Part shown: one piece after another, positions 1 through 14,189 of the stretch | How the letters are laid out: every line of letters starts with the position of its first letter | Position numbering within the stretch: the stretch's first letter is position 1 | Assembly: GCA_002269645.1 (NCBI GenBank) | Contig: NIVC01002871.1 | Coordinates: forward strand, 1 to 64,000 | DNA length: 64,000 bases | From: Macrostomum lignano | Taxonomy: Eukaryota | Direction of reading: 5' to 3' | Made by a program: the position numbers and the translations under genes | The notes under the pieces: generated by a model | The model's input: only the letters and a program-made list of their open reading frames with translations | The model's database searches: none | Told to the model about the DNA's origin: nothing

Positions 1-1161
<1,161 letters not shown>

Positions 1162-3232
1162 GGCGTATGGGCTAACATGAAAGGATAGATTTCAACACAA
1201 GTGTGGAGTTTCTAGCATCTTAAATTTGTACTAGTAAATTTTCTATACATTTGTAAGTAAATCATATTATTTATTAAAGTTATTAAAGTAGCCACTTGTA
1301 CTTCAGGTAGATTTAGAAATTTTCTTATACTTGCTATCTGAAAAGCCAAAGTATGAAAAGCAAAAGTATAACAAAGAGAACATAAATTGCTAGGAGAGAT
1401 ATAATAAAATTTAAACAAAGTATCAATAGCCAACAAAAATTTATACTATATAGTTGACAATTTTATGCATGACCGTCTATCTTGCCAATTAAACATTTTT
1501 TAACTTAAGATTAAGTTATTTATTCATTGGAATTGTTATTAAGGAGCATATTAATATCCTTTTCTGCATCGAAAAACTTGATGAGAGGCCATATACCCTA
1601 TGTGCCTCCCCTTTAAATTTGCCAAGTTGGATTTCTAATTCAATATTAGGTAGATACATGTACCTTAATAACTTGCATCTCCCATTTAAAAATTTCTACA
1701 TCTATACCTATAAGAATCTCCAACTAAGATTTTTAATTCTTGAGGGCATACAACCCCAACCCTAATTTTTATTGCCAATTAGACTAGGTCCTTTGAAACT
1801 ATTTCAATTCACTAGCAATTATTATTAGGCCTAGTATAAACTATGACCTGGACTCTAGTACATTAGACATATGCCATAGAGAATGACAATTAATTTATTA
1901 AGCCCTAGGACTAGGGTTTTTGATGCCAAATGGTTCCTATATAGTATAATGCTGCAATTTCTTTGGCATCATGAATTTGGATTTAGACCCATAGTGCCAA
2001 AATGGTAATAGACAATAATTAATGAATTTTTATGATATAATAAAGATGAGATCAATGAATAGCCAATTCATTAGTATAAAGGCCAATGTATAATGCATAT
2101 ATAGCTGTATAGGTATTATCTTGTCTCAACTCTTGTATTTGAAAAAAAATTGAATGAGAAATGAGTCTAAAAACAATTTTAAAACTTTTTCTAGAAAATT
2201 TCAAGGTTTTTATTATATTGATAAAATTTAAGATGAATAAACAGAGCAATAGATATGTGACAATTAAGGCAGAAGACTTTTATGTAGTGGTTAATTTAAT
2301 TTAATTTGATTGAGTCAATGATCTAAATTAGTAGCCAAAATTCTAATCTAGGATAATCAGGTAATGTAAATTGGTATTTTATGGACTTTTAATGCAATGG
2401 GTTCTGGTTGTGATTTGCAAAGGCCAGTTGGGACCCTGTTGATTGGTGGGCTAAGGTAAGTGGCAAAAGGATAAACTTGTGAAAGTAAGAAAAGCTAGAT
2501 GGCTAAGGGCCCACAAACAAAAAAGAAATGAGAAAGCCACTACTAACTGACTGTAAGTGTATATTTATAATTAACATGTAAACAAATCAATTGATAAACA
2601 AGCTTCATCCGAAAATAAGCCTAATCAGACAAACCCCAAGTGCAATATACAAATTAATCAATAAAATTTTGTGCCAGAAAACTGCAAAGTAAATATATAG
2701 AAAATGCCAGCTGATTATTTCAGTACGAAAATAAATAAATTAGTTAGCGCACAATTTGACATAGCTACATTTTGCGGATATTTATTATGCACAATATGCC
2801 GATAAAATAGTAAACTATAGAAGGTACCTGGAGGTTTGGTGTCTAAGCGTCTTCTTGTTGAAATTGCGAAGTGATTTCGCAGAAAAAGCTATTTTTAAGT
2901 TAGCAGGTGTTCGTTTTAACAAATCAGCTTTTAGCTTTGTACTTCTATTTAAATTTATCTTCTAAACTGTTAAAAAACTCTTTTAAAAAGAATTTTAAGT
3001 TATTTTCAATTTAATATTGTGCTGAATTCACTAAAATACGTTTTAAGTATATGCATTTCCTTTTGCTTTTTGAAGCTGGTCTTTTCCGCATTACTAAAAG
3101 CTAAGTTCAAAGACTAGGCCTGTGATATCTGAGCCACTGTCATAAAAAACAATAGAAATATTCTCCTTTATTTAGGTTGAGTTGTCTCTAAATTGATTAT
3201 TTACTCCTCTAAAATTATTATTAGAATAGGGA

Positions 3233-6200
3233 ATGCCTGTTCGAAAAGAAGGTAAGTAATTGATTTTAATATTACAGGCATTTTATTATTAAAACGTGAA
3301 TCCAAAATTGGATCTATAATAGGGAAGGCCATACCCCCCACTTTTAAAGTAGAGGGAGGCCATCAATAGTACCTGGCCCCCCCCCACAATTTTTAGCAAC
3401 TTGATATTTTTTCCAAAAAGTGTTAAAATTAGGCCTTTTTTTAGAATAGATTAGAATTAGGATCTGAGATTCATAGGATTAGGCCTAGTCAGGGTGGAAC
3501 TTTTGTACAACATCCTAGACACATTCTGTGAATGCTGAAAAAACTTGCACACTTGCATGCATATTGTTGACCAATGGCAATGTCCTAGTTTCCCGCGTTA
3601 AATTATTTTGACCCAAAATTTGAAATGAACAAACAAAAGCAAGTTTATCAAAGATTTAAAACAAGTCTTAGGTCTTAAAAGGAGTATTACACAGCTTAGT
3701 AATGTGTCAGCCAGTACAGAAAGTTGCCAAAGCTCTTTTCTAGGTAGAGTTGATGCCAGAGAAACTTGCTAAGGTGGGAGTCAAAAATGTTGTCATTGGT
3801 ATAATGTTGACTACAAAGCTTCACCATGTAATACTCTTTTTAAGACTAAAGCCTCATTTTAAATCTTTAAGAAACTTGCTTTTGTTTGTTTATTTTAAAT
3901 TTTGGCTCAAAATAATTTAATGCAGGCAAAGTTGACTTAGCATCAACTGTTAATACAATAATAGCACCAGATTATGGTGACTAATCTTAAGGTCATAAAG
4001 GTCGGCTAATGGCCACAAATTGGCAGGAGGTACAATATTTACAAGCACTCAAGGTTTTCCAGCCATGATTTATACTGAAAATACTAAAAATTAAGTCAAA
4101 ATAATTTAACACAAGAAACTAAGACATTCCCTTGACCAACTTATACAATTATATAGACTTTGTAAAAATCTTATGCAACAATAAAAACTAGAAGTTAGCA
4201 TGAATTAGGTCTATTTGGAAAAAATTGTATTCTACTTGTGTTGTGACACATAAAAATAGGATGCAAGTGGCTTCCCAAAAGTCATTTACTATTAAAATCA
4301 CAAAAAGACCTTTATTGTTGCAATATGAATAAACTTGCATGTTTTTTACAGTTAGACACTTCAACAAAAAATTCTGCATAGCTACAAGTTTTTTGTTTCA
4401 AAATTGCCATGTTAAGAGTCTATCCTAGAAGATTAAGCAAAAAATTCAATATAGGTTTCTATTAAAAAATCAAGATTCCATCTTAGAAGATTAGCAATTA
4501 TTGATTATAACAAATGAGTAATGACTAAAAACATCTAAATTACTAAATAGAGAGCTAGGAAGGGTAGTTCTATCTGCTAAGAAATGAGGATAGGAATATA
4601 AGAGTGCAGTGGGAATTGCCCAACAATCTTTTCATTTATATTATTAAAATGCTATAGAGGTAAAAGGTTGGTCTCTTTTAATATGAAAACCTATATTAAT
4701 TTATAGACATGCATAAAGGATATAGAGAAAAGAAGACATAATATCTGATAAGTCTAGATTTGAAATAACATAGATATCTTGCATCCAAGAATTATTGAAT
4801 AAGAAAAACAATTTATTGATAGGTTCCTGTTTTTATCTTTAGAAGAAAATGAAAATACAATGAAAAAAGCCTAGGAAATTTTAATTTAAGTATGTTTTTA
4901 TTTATTTTATTTAAAGAAATAAATTCTTTTCTATAGATATAGAAGTTTTGGTTATGGTGCAATCCTATTATTTTTCTTTTCTAAGCTATATTGCTAACAT
5001 TGTTAAGAGCCATAGTTGCTTTCATTCAGTCATGTAATTTGCATCAATGATCTTATTTGCATAGCCCATAATTTAACTACAATGAGTCTTTAGTTTGGAA
5101 ACTTTCACTCAGCTAAATAAGCTTCGGCATAGATAAAATATTTTTATCTTATTAGATTGTTTTAAGTCCAATTGTATATATGCACTCTCAACCTGATATA
5201 GTATAAATATTGATCAACCATATTTATTGACAGATGCAACCAGAGCCCTAGAGCTACTAGAGCAATACCATAGGCGCCTTAATACCACCGAGGATGCTCA
5301 ACTACGCGCATCTATTGAACGAGTCATCAAGATCTTCAAGTCCAAGCTGTTTAATGCCCTGCTGGGTAATGTTTGAACTTTTGTAAAGATTTCTTTGCAA
5401 GAAATGTACTTTGCTATGGTCATATGGGAGTTAGTTTGCGTGGCATTGTAAATTTCAGGAAGAAAAAGAGTAGGGGTGCTTAGAGTAAGTTTATTCCCTA
5501 GAAATAGGGAAAGTTATGGGCATAGGGGGTAGGAATCGGAGATGCAGGGATGCGAGGCAGTTTAGGGAGTAGATAATCAGAGATGCAGGGATGTGAGACA
5601 GTTTAGGGAGCAGGAAATCGAAGATGCAGGGATGTGAGACAGTTTAGGGAGCGGGGAATCGGAGATGCAGGGATGTGAGACAGTTTAGGGAGCGGGGAAT
5701 CGGAGATGCAGGGATGTGAGACAGTTTAGGGAGCAGGGAATCGAAGATGCAGGGATGTGAGGCAGTATAGGGAGTAGATAATCGGAGATGCAGGGATGTG
5801 AGACAGTTTAGGGAGCAGGGAATCGAAGATGCAGGGATGTGAGGCAGTATAGGGAGTAGATAATCGGAGATGCAGGGATGTGAGACAGCTTAGAAGGCAG
5901 GGATTCGGAGATGCAGGAATGTGAAACAGTTTAGAAGGCAGGGATTCGGAGATGCAATGATGCGAGGCAGTTTAAGGAGTACAGAATCGGAGATGCAGGG
6001 ATGTGGAGGTAATCTAAGAATCGCCCATCCGCGCAGACATCCAAGAATTCTACGAAGTGACCCTGATAGACGAAAACAAAACGGCGGAGCAGCGAGCCCT
6101 GGAATCCGTGAAGGAGCCCGACAGATGGGCCGAGACTGCGCCGCCCAGTCATCAGCCTGGCGCCGCTAAGCAGAAGTCTCAGGTGTGCAGCAGGTTAAAT

Positions 6201-8973
6201 AAATGCATCAATTGATCTATTCACAGGAGGGCTGTGGGCACCCTGGCTCAACGCCTTTGGCGACATCGTCCCACGATTAGCGCTGAGCTACTTCAGCGCA
6301 TTCCTCTGACTCCCAAAGGGTTGTAGTCTAGTGGTTGGAGCGTCGGACTCACGACTTGAAGGTCGGGGTTCGATTCTCGATCCCACTGGAACAATTTGTA
6401 TTTGTGTCCCTGAGCAGGACACTTAACTCTGCATTGCTTCAGTTCACCCAGCTGTAAAATGGGTGCCAGCATTAGCTGGGGTAATTGAGGGTGAGGGTGT
6501 GTGACCCCCCAGTCCCTGGACTGAACATCCGTACGCAGCGTTCAGACGCGCCGCGCAATAGCTGCGACTGAGCTGTCGGTTGCACATCTGGCCATCAGGG
6601 CAGATGTAATCAATCATATTATTATCCGACCTGACTCCTGAACACATACAAGCGCACAGATACCGTACACAGGCAGCCAGACACGCACTCATACACATTA
6701 GAGACGCTCACAACCATCAGGCATGCACATTCTCTGTGTCTTGGGGGTTGGTGCTCATAGGCGTGAAACGCATGTCAAGCCCCTGGGGAAATTTTTTCTG
6801 TACAAGCCCCTCAAAAGTAGTATAGACAGGCTTTACAGCATAGAGAACAGTTAACAAGATAGACTTTGAATATCCCCAACCAAAATGCTTCACGCAGAGT
6901 AGCTTAATGCCTAACCCTAACGGGTAACCCCTGCCTAACCCCTGAAGTAACTCAAGGCCACTGTACACCCTGTGTGAGCGTGTGCCTGTGTGACCATGTT
7001 CTAGCTCTGGACTCAGCAGGATGGTCGTAACTGCTTGTCTTCTCGCTCTATAAGGATTAACAACAATAGTAAGAAAACTACTGAGTAGTAGTGAGCAGAG
7101 CATATATCAGAAAAATTGGGCCTGGTCTCTCCGCCTACAGAAACAGCACCGTGACTCGCCCGAGCGGGCCGCAGCTGCCGCCGCATCGGCCTCCGACGGC
7201 GCCTTCGAGATCGTGCTGCAGCGGGCCAGTCAAGGCGGCTTCGGTTTCAGCATCGCCGGTGGCGTGGACGAGCCTCACCTGCCCGGCGACAGTCGGGTCT
7301 TTGTCACCAAGGTTGTGCCTGGCGGCGTCGCCGAACTCGACGGTCGGATGCGCGTCGATGACGTCATTCTCGCCGTCAACGGCGTTGACGTCACCGCCGT
7401 GTCGCACGCGGCCGCAGTGAACGCGTTGAAGATGTCTGGCAATCAGCTTCGCCTGCTGCTGCTGCGGGCGCCGATGATGCAGCAGCAGCCGCCGCCACAG
7501 CAGCTCGGCGGGGCGCCGCAGATGGCCGAGAATGGATCCTTTGAGGTGAGGATCTTTGATTTTCAGGTTTGGGAATTTAAAAGTTTTGAGTGTCGTTCAT
7601 TAAAATCCCATTTCTAGTTCTTATCTATCTGTAGATGTGGTTACATTTGTATGCCTGCAAAAAGAAAGGGGCACAAGTCCCATTTGAATGATTGTAATGG
7701 GGAGAAATCCCAATTTACAAGACTGTAATGGGAGAAATCCCATTTGCATGTCTGTAATGGGGAGAAATCCCATTTGCAGGACTATAATGGGAGAAATCCC
7801 ATTTGCAGGACTATAATGGGAGAAATCCAATTTGAATGATTGTAATGGGAGAAATCCCATTTGCAAGACTGCAATGGGAGAAATCCTATTTGCATGACTG
7901 TAATGTGGAGAAATCCCATTTGCATGAATGCTGTAATGGGGAGAAATCCCATTTGCATGACTGTTATGGGAAAAACCCCATTTGCATCATTGTAATTGGA
8001 GAATTCCCATTTCCATATCTGACAAGCGTATAAATGCGGCGCACTCAGATGTTTTACACTGCCCAATCTCTCGCTCACAGGTGATCCTCACCAAGACGCT
8101 CAATGGCCTCGGCTTCAGCATCGCTGGCGGCGTTGACAACCAACATCTGGCGGGCGACGACTCCATATTCGTCACTAAGATCATTGACGGCGGCGCCGCC
8201 CAGCAGGACGGCAGCATCGAGTTCGGCGACCGGCTGCTAGCCGTTGACGGCGTCGTCTTGCACGGCTGCACGCATCAGCAGGCTGTGGCCACGCTGAAGG
8301 CCACCGGTGATCGGGTGCGCCTGGTTGTGCAGAAGCCGACCCCGGAGGAGCTGGCTTTGCTAGTAGAGGCGGCCACGCTTGAGGAGGCCGGAGCTGCCGC
8401 TGTTGGCTATCAGCCGCGTGAGTTGTGGAGTCTAGCCTTGGGTAGTCGTTCATTGCGGGAGGAAGAATGCAGTGGAGATGCGTAACGGGAAATCTTGAGT
8501 TAGTCCTTGTCTATGGGCAAAGCTCGCCCTAGAGTTTCAAAGACAAAGCGATATCGGTTTTCCAATCAACTTGCTTAAAAGTTTACCATATCTAAAGTTA
8601 AGGGTCAACGGCGCGAGTAAATTTACTGATTGTAACGCCTCGTCATATTGTTAGTTACCTTACTTATATCCTCTCTTCTAAACTCCACCATTTCCCAGCC
8701 CCGATGCCGGTGAAGAAGGGCAGCAAAAAAGACAAAAAGAAGAAAGGCTCCGAATCAGGCCACGATGGTAAAGCATTATTATCTCTGAGTTCAATACTAC
8801 TATAAAATTTTAAGTAGCATATTGAGGATTTTTATGCACAATTTTATTCCACTGCAGCGCCGCACGAGATGCCAGACGACGAGATGGATGGAGGTCATCA
8901 CGAAGCGGCCGAGGTTGGCAAGGCGAAGAAGGGCAAAGGCATTGGCAGCTTGTTTGGCATGAAGAAAAAGTGA
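3233..8973 (+). CDS. DLG1: Discs-large (DLG1/SAP97)-like protein, short form: L27 + PDZ1 + PDZ2 + Lys-rich tail, ~407 aa. Exons 3233-3251, 5234-5365, 6037-6182, 7141-7545, 8081-8417, 8699-8767, 8858-8973
   Basis: Spliced N-terminus MPVRKE|DATRALELLEQYHRRLNTTEDAQLRASIERVIKIFKSKLFNALL|DIQEFYEVTLIDENK is the SAP97-type L27 domain. Two PDZ domains carry GFGFSIAGGVD and GLGFSIAGGVDNQH. All six introns are GT-AG and phase-compatible (total 1224 nt). Exons 6-7 rest on splice and phase fit only. Confidence 0.85.
3592..3926. mobile_element. MITE-like non-autonomous DNA transposon with ~70-bp terminal inverted repeats, in DLG intron 1
   Basis: Left CCCGCGTTAAATTATTTTGACCCAAAATTTGAAATGAACAAACAAAAGCAAGTTT matches the reverse complement of the right end, CCTGCATTAAATTATTTTGAGCCAAAATTTAAAATAAACAAACAAAAGCAAGTTT. 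TSD not resolved. Confidence 0.6.
5532..6005. repeat. ~41-bp minisatellite (GGAGATGCAGGGATGTGAGACAGTTTAGGGAGCGGGGAATC), ~11 copies, DLG intron 2
   Basis: Period 41 read directly (5661 to 5702). Confidence 0.9.
6318..6625 (+). mobile_element. tRNA-derived SINE with CORE-like central domain and (ATT)n-like tail, in DLG intron 3
   Basis: Head has A-box TAGTCTAGTGG and B-box GGTTCGATTC. 6403-6463 TGTGTCCCTGAGCAGGACACTTAACTCTGCATTGCTTCAGTTCACCCAGCTGTAAAATGGG resembles the MIR CORE consensus as I recall it (GTGACCTTGGGCAAGTTACTTAAC...CTCAGTTTCCTCATCTGTAAAATGGG). Ends ATATTATTAT. Confidence 0.75.
7677..8015. repeat. 29-31-bp minisatellite (GGAGAAATCCCATTTGCATGACTGTAATG), ~11 copies, DLG intron 4
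   Basis: Direct reading. It explains the repetitive ORFs 7621-8078. Confidence 0.9.
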
Positions 8974-9751
8974 ATCAATTAACTACTAGACGTATTCAGT
9001 AGTATGCTAATGATTCTAAAGTGATTTTTCTTTTTGTAGCTTTAACTTTTATAGATAAAATGTTATCACTATAATTATCTATCCATCTTATTCATTGCGT
9101 GCCATTATGATTCTTAATTTTTAACCAAAAAGTAAATTTTAGTTCAACTGGACTGGATGTACCAGGTATGTATGACTTAATCCTTATTGAGAATATACAA
9201 TATATTTATGAGGTTTGTAAATAACGGTTTGATGAATCCCATATAAAACATCAAGACACGCCGTCTGATTCTTCCAAAACTATCAGGTTTCGAAACCAAT
9301 TGATTTGAAAGTGGTCGTAGCTCTTTTTATCATCAGAAATCTTTGATACATTCCTACTTTACGTACTGACATCTGTAATGTGAATTATTTGCCCATAATA
9401 AATATAATTTAATGTAAGGCACGAGTGAAATTGCAGGACCAACTTTAATTCGATCTGTTCATTATCTAGTGTATCCGCTTTACAAATTACTGTATCAATC
9501 GTGTTTGAGTCTTATTATTTACTTTGAATACTTTTCCAATTATTTATAGTAAAAATGCACCAACTGAACACACAGCACGAATTAAATATAAAAACTGCGA
9601 ACTGGTTTCAACATACTCTTAAATAATTGATGCTACTTATAGTAGAAATTAGAAGTTAAAAATCGTTCATAGTAGATGCTGCCAACAATATCTAAACTTA
9701 ACTGCCAAAAAAGCCAAATTTAGGGCATACTTGGGAAAAGTGCACAGTAAT

Positions 9752-11104
9752 TCAATGTCGCTCGTCGTCGCTACCGGCAATCTCGTCCTCATCCTCTGGC
9801 TGATTCGGCACCAGAAAGAATTCAATAAAGCAGTTGTGCCCGTCGGCCGATTCGACAAGAAACTGCAATGACAAGAAGCCGCGCTGGTCGCACCGAATGC
9901 TGGCCTTGGCGGAGGCTTGCAGAGCCTTCAGGCAGCATTTCAACAAGGCGTGCCTGTAGCGGAAGGCCACGCTGACATCCGGGCTCTGGAACATCTCCAC
10001 GGCTTCAGATTCGGCCGGGAAATCGTACACGCCTCGGCCAAGGTCGCCGAATGTTGACATTCGAAATAGGCGCCGCTCGGTGCTCACGAATATTTCCACT
10101 AGTTCGCTGTGCGGATCCAGCTCGGAGAATACCTCTTTGAGCTGCTCAGATCGGATAATCACCTTGAAGCACAGGGCTGCCGCGTTGAAATTAAAATCTA
10201 GAGTCTGCTCGGGCTCGATTGTGCGAATCCGGCAGTCGGTAACGACGCCCGCGTCTTCCAGGTGCAGCTCCACGGCTGATCGGTCGTCGGGAAGGAACAG
10301 CTCTGGTGGGTGGGCGTTTTTTATGATTATTTAATTAATTACCAGTGCCACTACAATTCTAGTATTGTCAGTGGGTCATCTGAATGATTTGAGAGGGTCA
10401 ACACTTGGCCATCTAGTCAGCGTGCTCAGTGGGTCATCTAGTCAGTGTGCTCAGTAGGTCATCTATCCACTGTGCTCTGTGGGGTGATCTAGTCAGTGTG
10501 CTCAGTGGGTCATCTATCCAGTGTGCTTAGTGGGCATCCAGAGTGCTCAGTGGGTCATCTATCCAGTGTGCTTAGTGGGCCATCTATCCAGTGTGCTCAG
10601 TGGGTCATCTAGTCAGTGTACTCAGTGGGTCATCTACCCAACAATCTGGTAATCAGATGACAAAAATAGACAAGCCATCATACCCATCACTGCAGGGCTG
10701 GAAGCTTCAGTATCGGAGAACATTTGCAGACACTCCAACAGCATGACATAGTTGAGCTTAAAAAACAATGGCTCATCATCTCGAAGCGTATATTGACTAA
10801 AGAGACTAGTCTGCAGATAGACATTTGCCTGAAGAGATTTGCAGTCCTCAACAGTCACTTTCAGCCCATTGACGCTGGCGCAAATGGTAGCCAAATCTCT
10901 AAACTGAATAGTCTTCAACAGGCTGCAAACCACCTTAGCATTAGTAATTCGCAGGTAGAGCAGCGGTGGCGGTCTGCCGCCATCACTAGGCGCTGGCGAG
11001 CCAGAATTTAAACTAAATTCGTCATCGCTTTCATTGTCAGCATCATTGGCATTGTTGATAGTGCTGGTATGGCGGATGGAAGATTGATTTCGATAAGTGG
11101 CCAT
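9752..11104 (-). CDS. RAD1: Cell-cycle checkpoint protein RAD1 (9-1-1 clamp subunit), ~323 aa. Exons 11104-10684 and 10302-9752
   Basis: LLKTIQFRDLATICASVNGLKVTVEDCKSLQANVYLQ and TLDFNF...LKEVFSELD...FRMSTFGDLG...KASIRCDQRGFLSLQFLV match RAD1. Donor ATGG|GTATGA and acceptor CACCAG|AG are phase-1 compatible. Confidence 0.93.
10408..10636. repeat. ~25-bp minisatellite (GTCATCTAGTCAGTGTGCTCAGTGG), ~9 copies, RAD1 intron
   Basis: Direct reading. Confidence 0.85.
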
Positions 11105-14100
11105 GGCGGGCTGGTAGTTGGGGCTGCTGAGCTGTAATGCAACATCACACACATTTGCTTTGGCTTTCTATGATCAAGTAGCAGTGTGTCTGCACAAAAG
11201 TTTTCCTGGAGCTCAGGGGCTAACAGAATTGGCATCATAGTTGCTTGTCTCTTTGTTAGCTGCAAACTAACCATATTAGCTAGCTAAATTTTCGAGTGAA
11301 TTTAAATTTGTGGCACAGCCAGAAAGAGCACAGTGTATTGAAAATGAAGAATTGCAAAATTGGTAGGCTTCAATTAAGTGAAAATGGTGCAACTATAAGG
11401 CTTAACACCTGAATTATTTATTATTTTCCAAAATGCTTTGTATTAGATTAGAAATGATTTGAACTCGACTTCTAATAGTTTACTTTGACAATGTAGAAAT
11501 ATTAAATATTATAACTTTTATAAACATTATAGGCAACTAAAAAGAACAAAGCACCTTTTAAAAACTATGAGAAAAGTTAAAATACTAATATAAAAATAAT
11601 AAATGAAATGAAAAACTATTAGCATTTTTTGAATAATTTATAATATCCAATGCATTTAGCCTAGGCCCTACATTGTAATAAGAAAGATAAATATATATCT
11701 ATATTGTTTAAAACGTCTAGTCTTCTATAATTGGCCTTGGGTTATATATTTCTGTCTGCAATTAAAAGCTTTAGCATTTTTGATAATACAATGTAATAAA
11801 GCCAAGTGCCAAACTCTATTGGTATTAATTTTTTTGGCAAAAGCATAAATATGTGGGTTATTTTATCTAATGTTAGTTTGTCTACCAGAGGTCAGGTCCA
11901 TTTTAAGGCAAACAGTTTATCTGCTATAGAAATGAAGATAAACTAGTTAGCAATGAAAAATAATATATATTTTGGCACAAAAAGTAGGCCTACCATTTTT
12001 CTAGAACATTGGTTCACAACCTTTTTTTCAGACAACCCTAATTTATTCACTTGCATCATTTTTTATGTTTGCAACCCCTTTTATAATCAATATAATACAT
12101 CATTAAGTATGACATACTCATATTTCTTAGTGCTACAACCCCAAGAAAATGGTCATGTGACACTATTGGGGGTTGCAACCACTAGGGCTTATTCCAGAAA
12201 AATAGTAATCAATTATCAATTATTTTTATTGCCACTTCTATTAAGATATAGATAAAGTAGTTAAAAGTTTTTAAATGTATATTTTGAAAGAGAATTTTAT
12301 TATATTTACATGTATTTTTTATATGTATCTTTTTATGCATGACTTTCAGATTTGCTTATATTATATCACTTATAATGCATAGAATTGAACTGCATGGCAT
12401 TGCAAAATCATTGTTGCTAAAGCTTATATTTTTAAAATAAAATTTGTAAAAAAGGACTACAAAGTCAAAAACAAAGAATCAATAAATTAAACATTAGCAA
12501 TCTTAGCAAAAATGAAAAGTAAGCTGCATATAGCAAAAGAATTTGTATTTTAGCAAAAGAAATCATATAGCTAAAAATTTGAAATTAAGAAGAAAAATAC
12601 AAGTACCAGCTTTTAAAATTATAGACCTAATATGCTATACTTAAATCAATTATAACTATTTGCTTTAACTTTGAATAATAGTAATGCAATTATATATAAT
12701 AATCAATTAATCAAATATTCTACTACTAGGTATTTAGTATATATTGCTAAATAAAAAAATTAATACCACTACTTCCAATTAGTCAATTTATCTGCAAGAA
12801 ACTTGAAAAAGTAGATTATGTTTAATATAATATAATATATAACTAATATTATGTTTTAGTAAATAAAGATTATGAGTATATAGATCTTAGATAAGATAAT
12901 AAGCTTGAATATAGGCCCCTACAGCTAAGGTCTAGTATTATACTAAATTTTAATGCATTTGATTTTATATTTAGGACAGATCAAGAGCATAGAAAAAAGT
13001 AATTTTGGACTACAACTCTAGCTTAGCCTATAAAGCAAGAATATTTTTAACTTTATAACTTTCATTTTTTATTTCATCTTATATTTAATATCTTTATACC
13101 TAACATGAGCCTAATAATTTTGCCATATTTAATATCTTTAATATTTTGTTTAATGTAAACTCAATCTATAATCATTAATTTTAACAACTGTGATAGGATT
13201 TGAGTGGCAGAGGCAGTGCTAGGCCTACCAGATCCAATACATAGATACATACAGAATATGTGTGTGCCTCTAAATCTAGTGGTGTTTGAGCTGAGTCATG
13301 CATTACATGCTTTAAAGGAGTGCGCGCACAGACCACAGTCTAGATGGCGTGAAGAGATTTAGCTCATATGCTAAGAGTAAGAGATTTAGATATTTTTTAT
13401 CGCGCAGGGTTTTTTATGCAAATAGGGTGTAATTTACACCCTGAAATTTGGATTTGCACCCACTTTTTGGCACTGGATGCAACTCGTGCATCTGCATTTT
13501 TTAGATCAAGATGCATGCAAGTCATTTTTCAGCAAAAGTTACAAACAAAACATCGTGTATAAATATATTGTTTCAATACTTTTTTGAATCTTCATTGAAT
13601 ACTTTCCCTAAATTTAAACCTAGATGCAAGTTGCATCCTGGTTTTCATATTTGCATCAATTTTTTAAGCTTGAGATGCAAGCTTCCATCCACATTTTTGG
13701 CGGCAGACCCTAGGTTCATCGCGTGACTGCTGCGTTTTAAATAAGTAATTAGATTGGCAAAATTATACTTTAGCCAAAACTACGTTTTTTATGTACAATA
13801 AACTGCAAAAATCATTACCAAACAATGGTATGCCACATTTAAACCTTGGTAATAAAAATTTGTTAAATAGTTTTGTTAATTTGCTTGTAAACATATAAAT
13901 TCGGCATTAATAAAATGTACAATGTAAACCCGTCCATGAACAATTATTCCGCGTGCATAAAAAGTGTATTCTTAAAATTGTTTTATATTGTGTTGTAAAA
14001 TTACCAAAATCTTGCCTTAATTTATATACACATAAATAAAATATTATGTAAATTCTTGCCTATTTGGTTTACTATTTCTTTTGATCTTTTATTTTTCATT

Positions 14101-14189
14101 AACTTATGCAAATTATACTTGTTGGGATGATAATACGAGCAATTAAAGTGAGGACCAAAATTTGGAACTTGAAAAGGTGGCATTACTTA

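Noticed and set aside
6318-6390. Functional tRNA gene
   Set aside because: The acceptor and anticodon stems are mispaired, and the sequence runs into a CORE-like body and tail, so it is a SINE head.
13400-13720. Palindrome-rich segment (AGGGTGTAATTTACACCCT, GATGCAAGTTGCATC) as a hAT MITE
   Set aside because: The putative termini match for only about 6 bp and no TSD was found.
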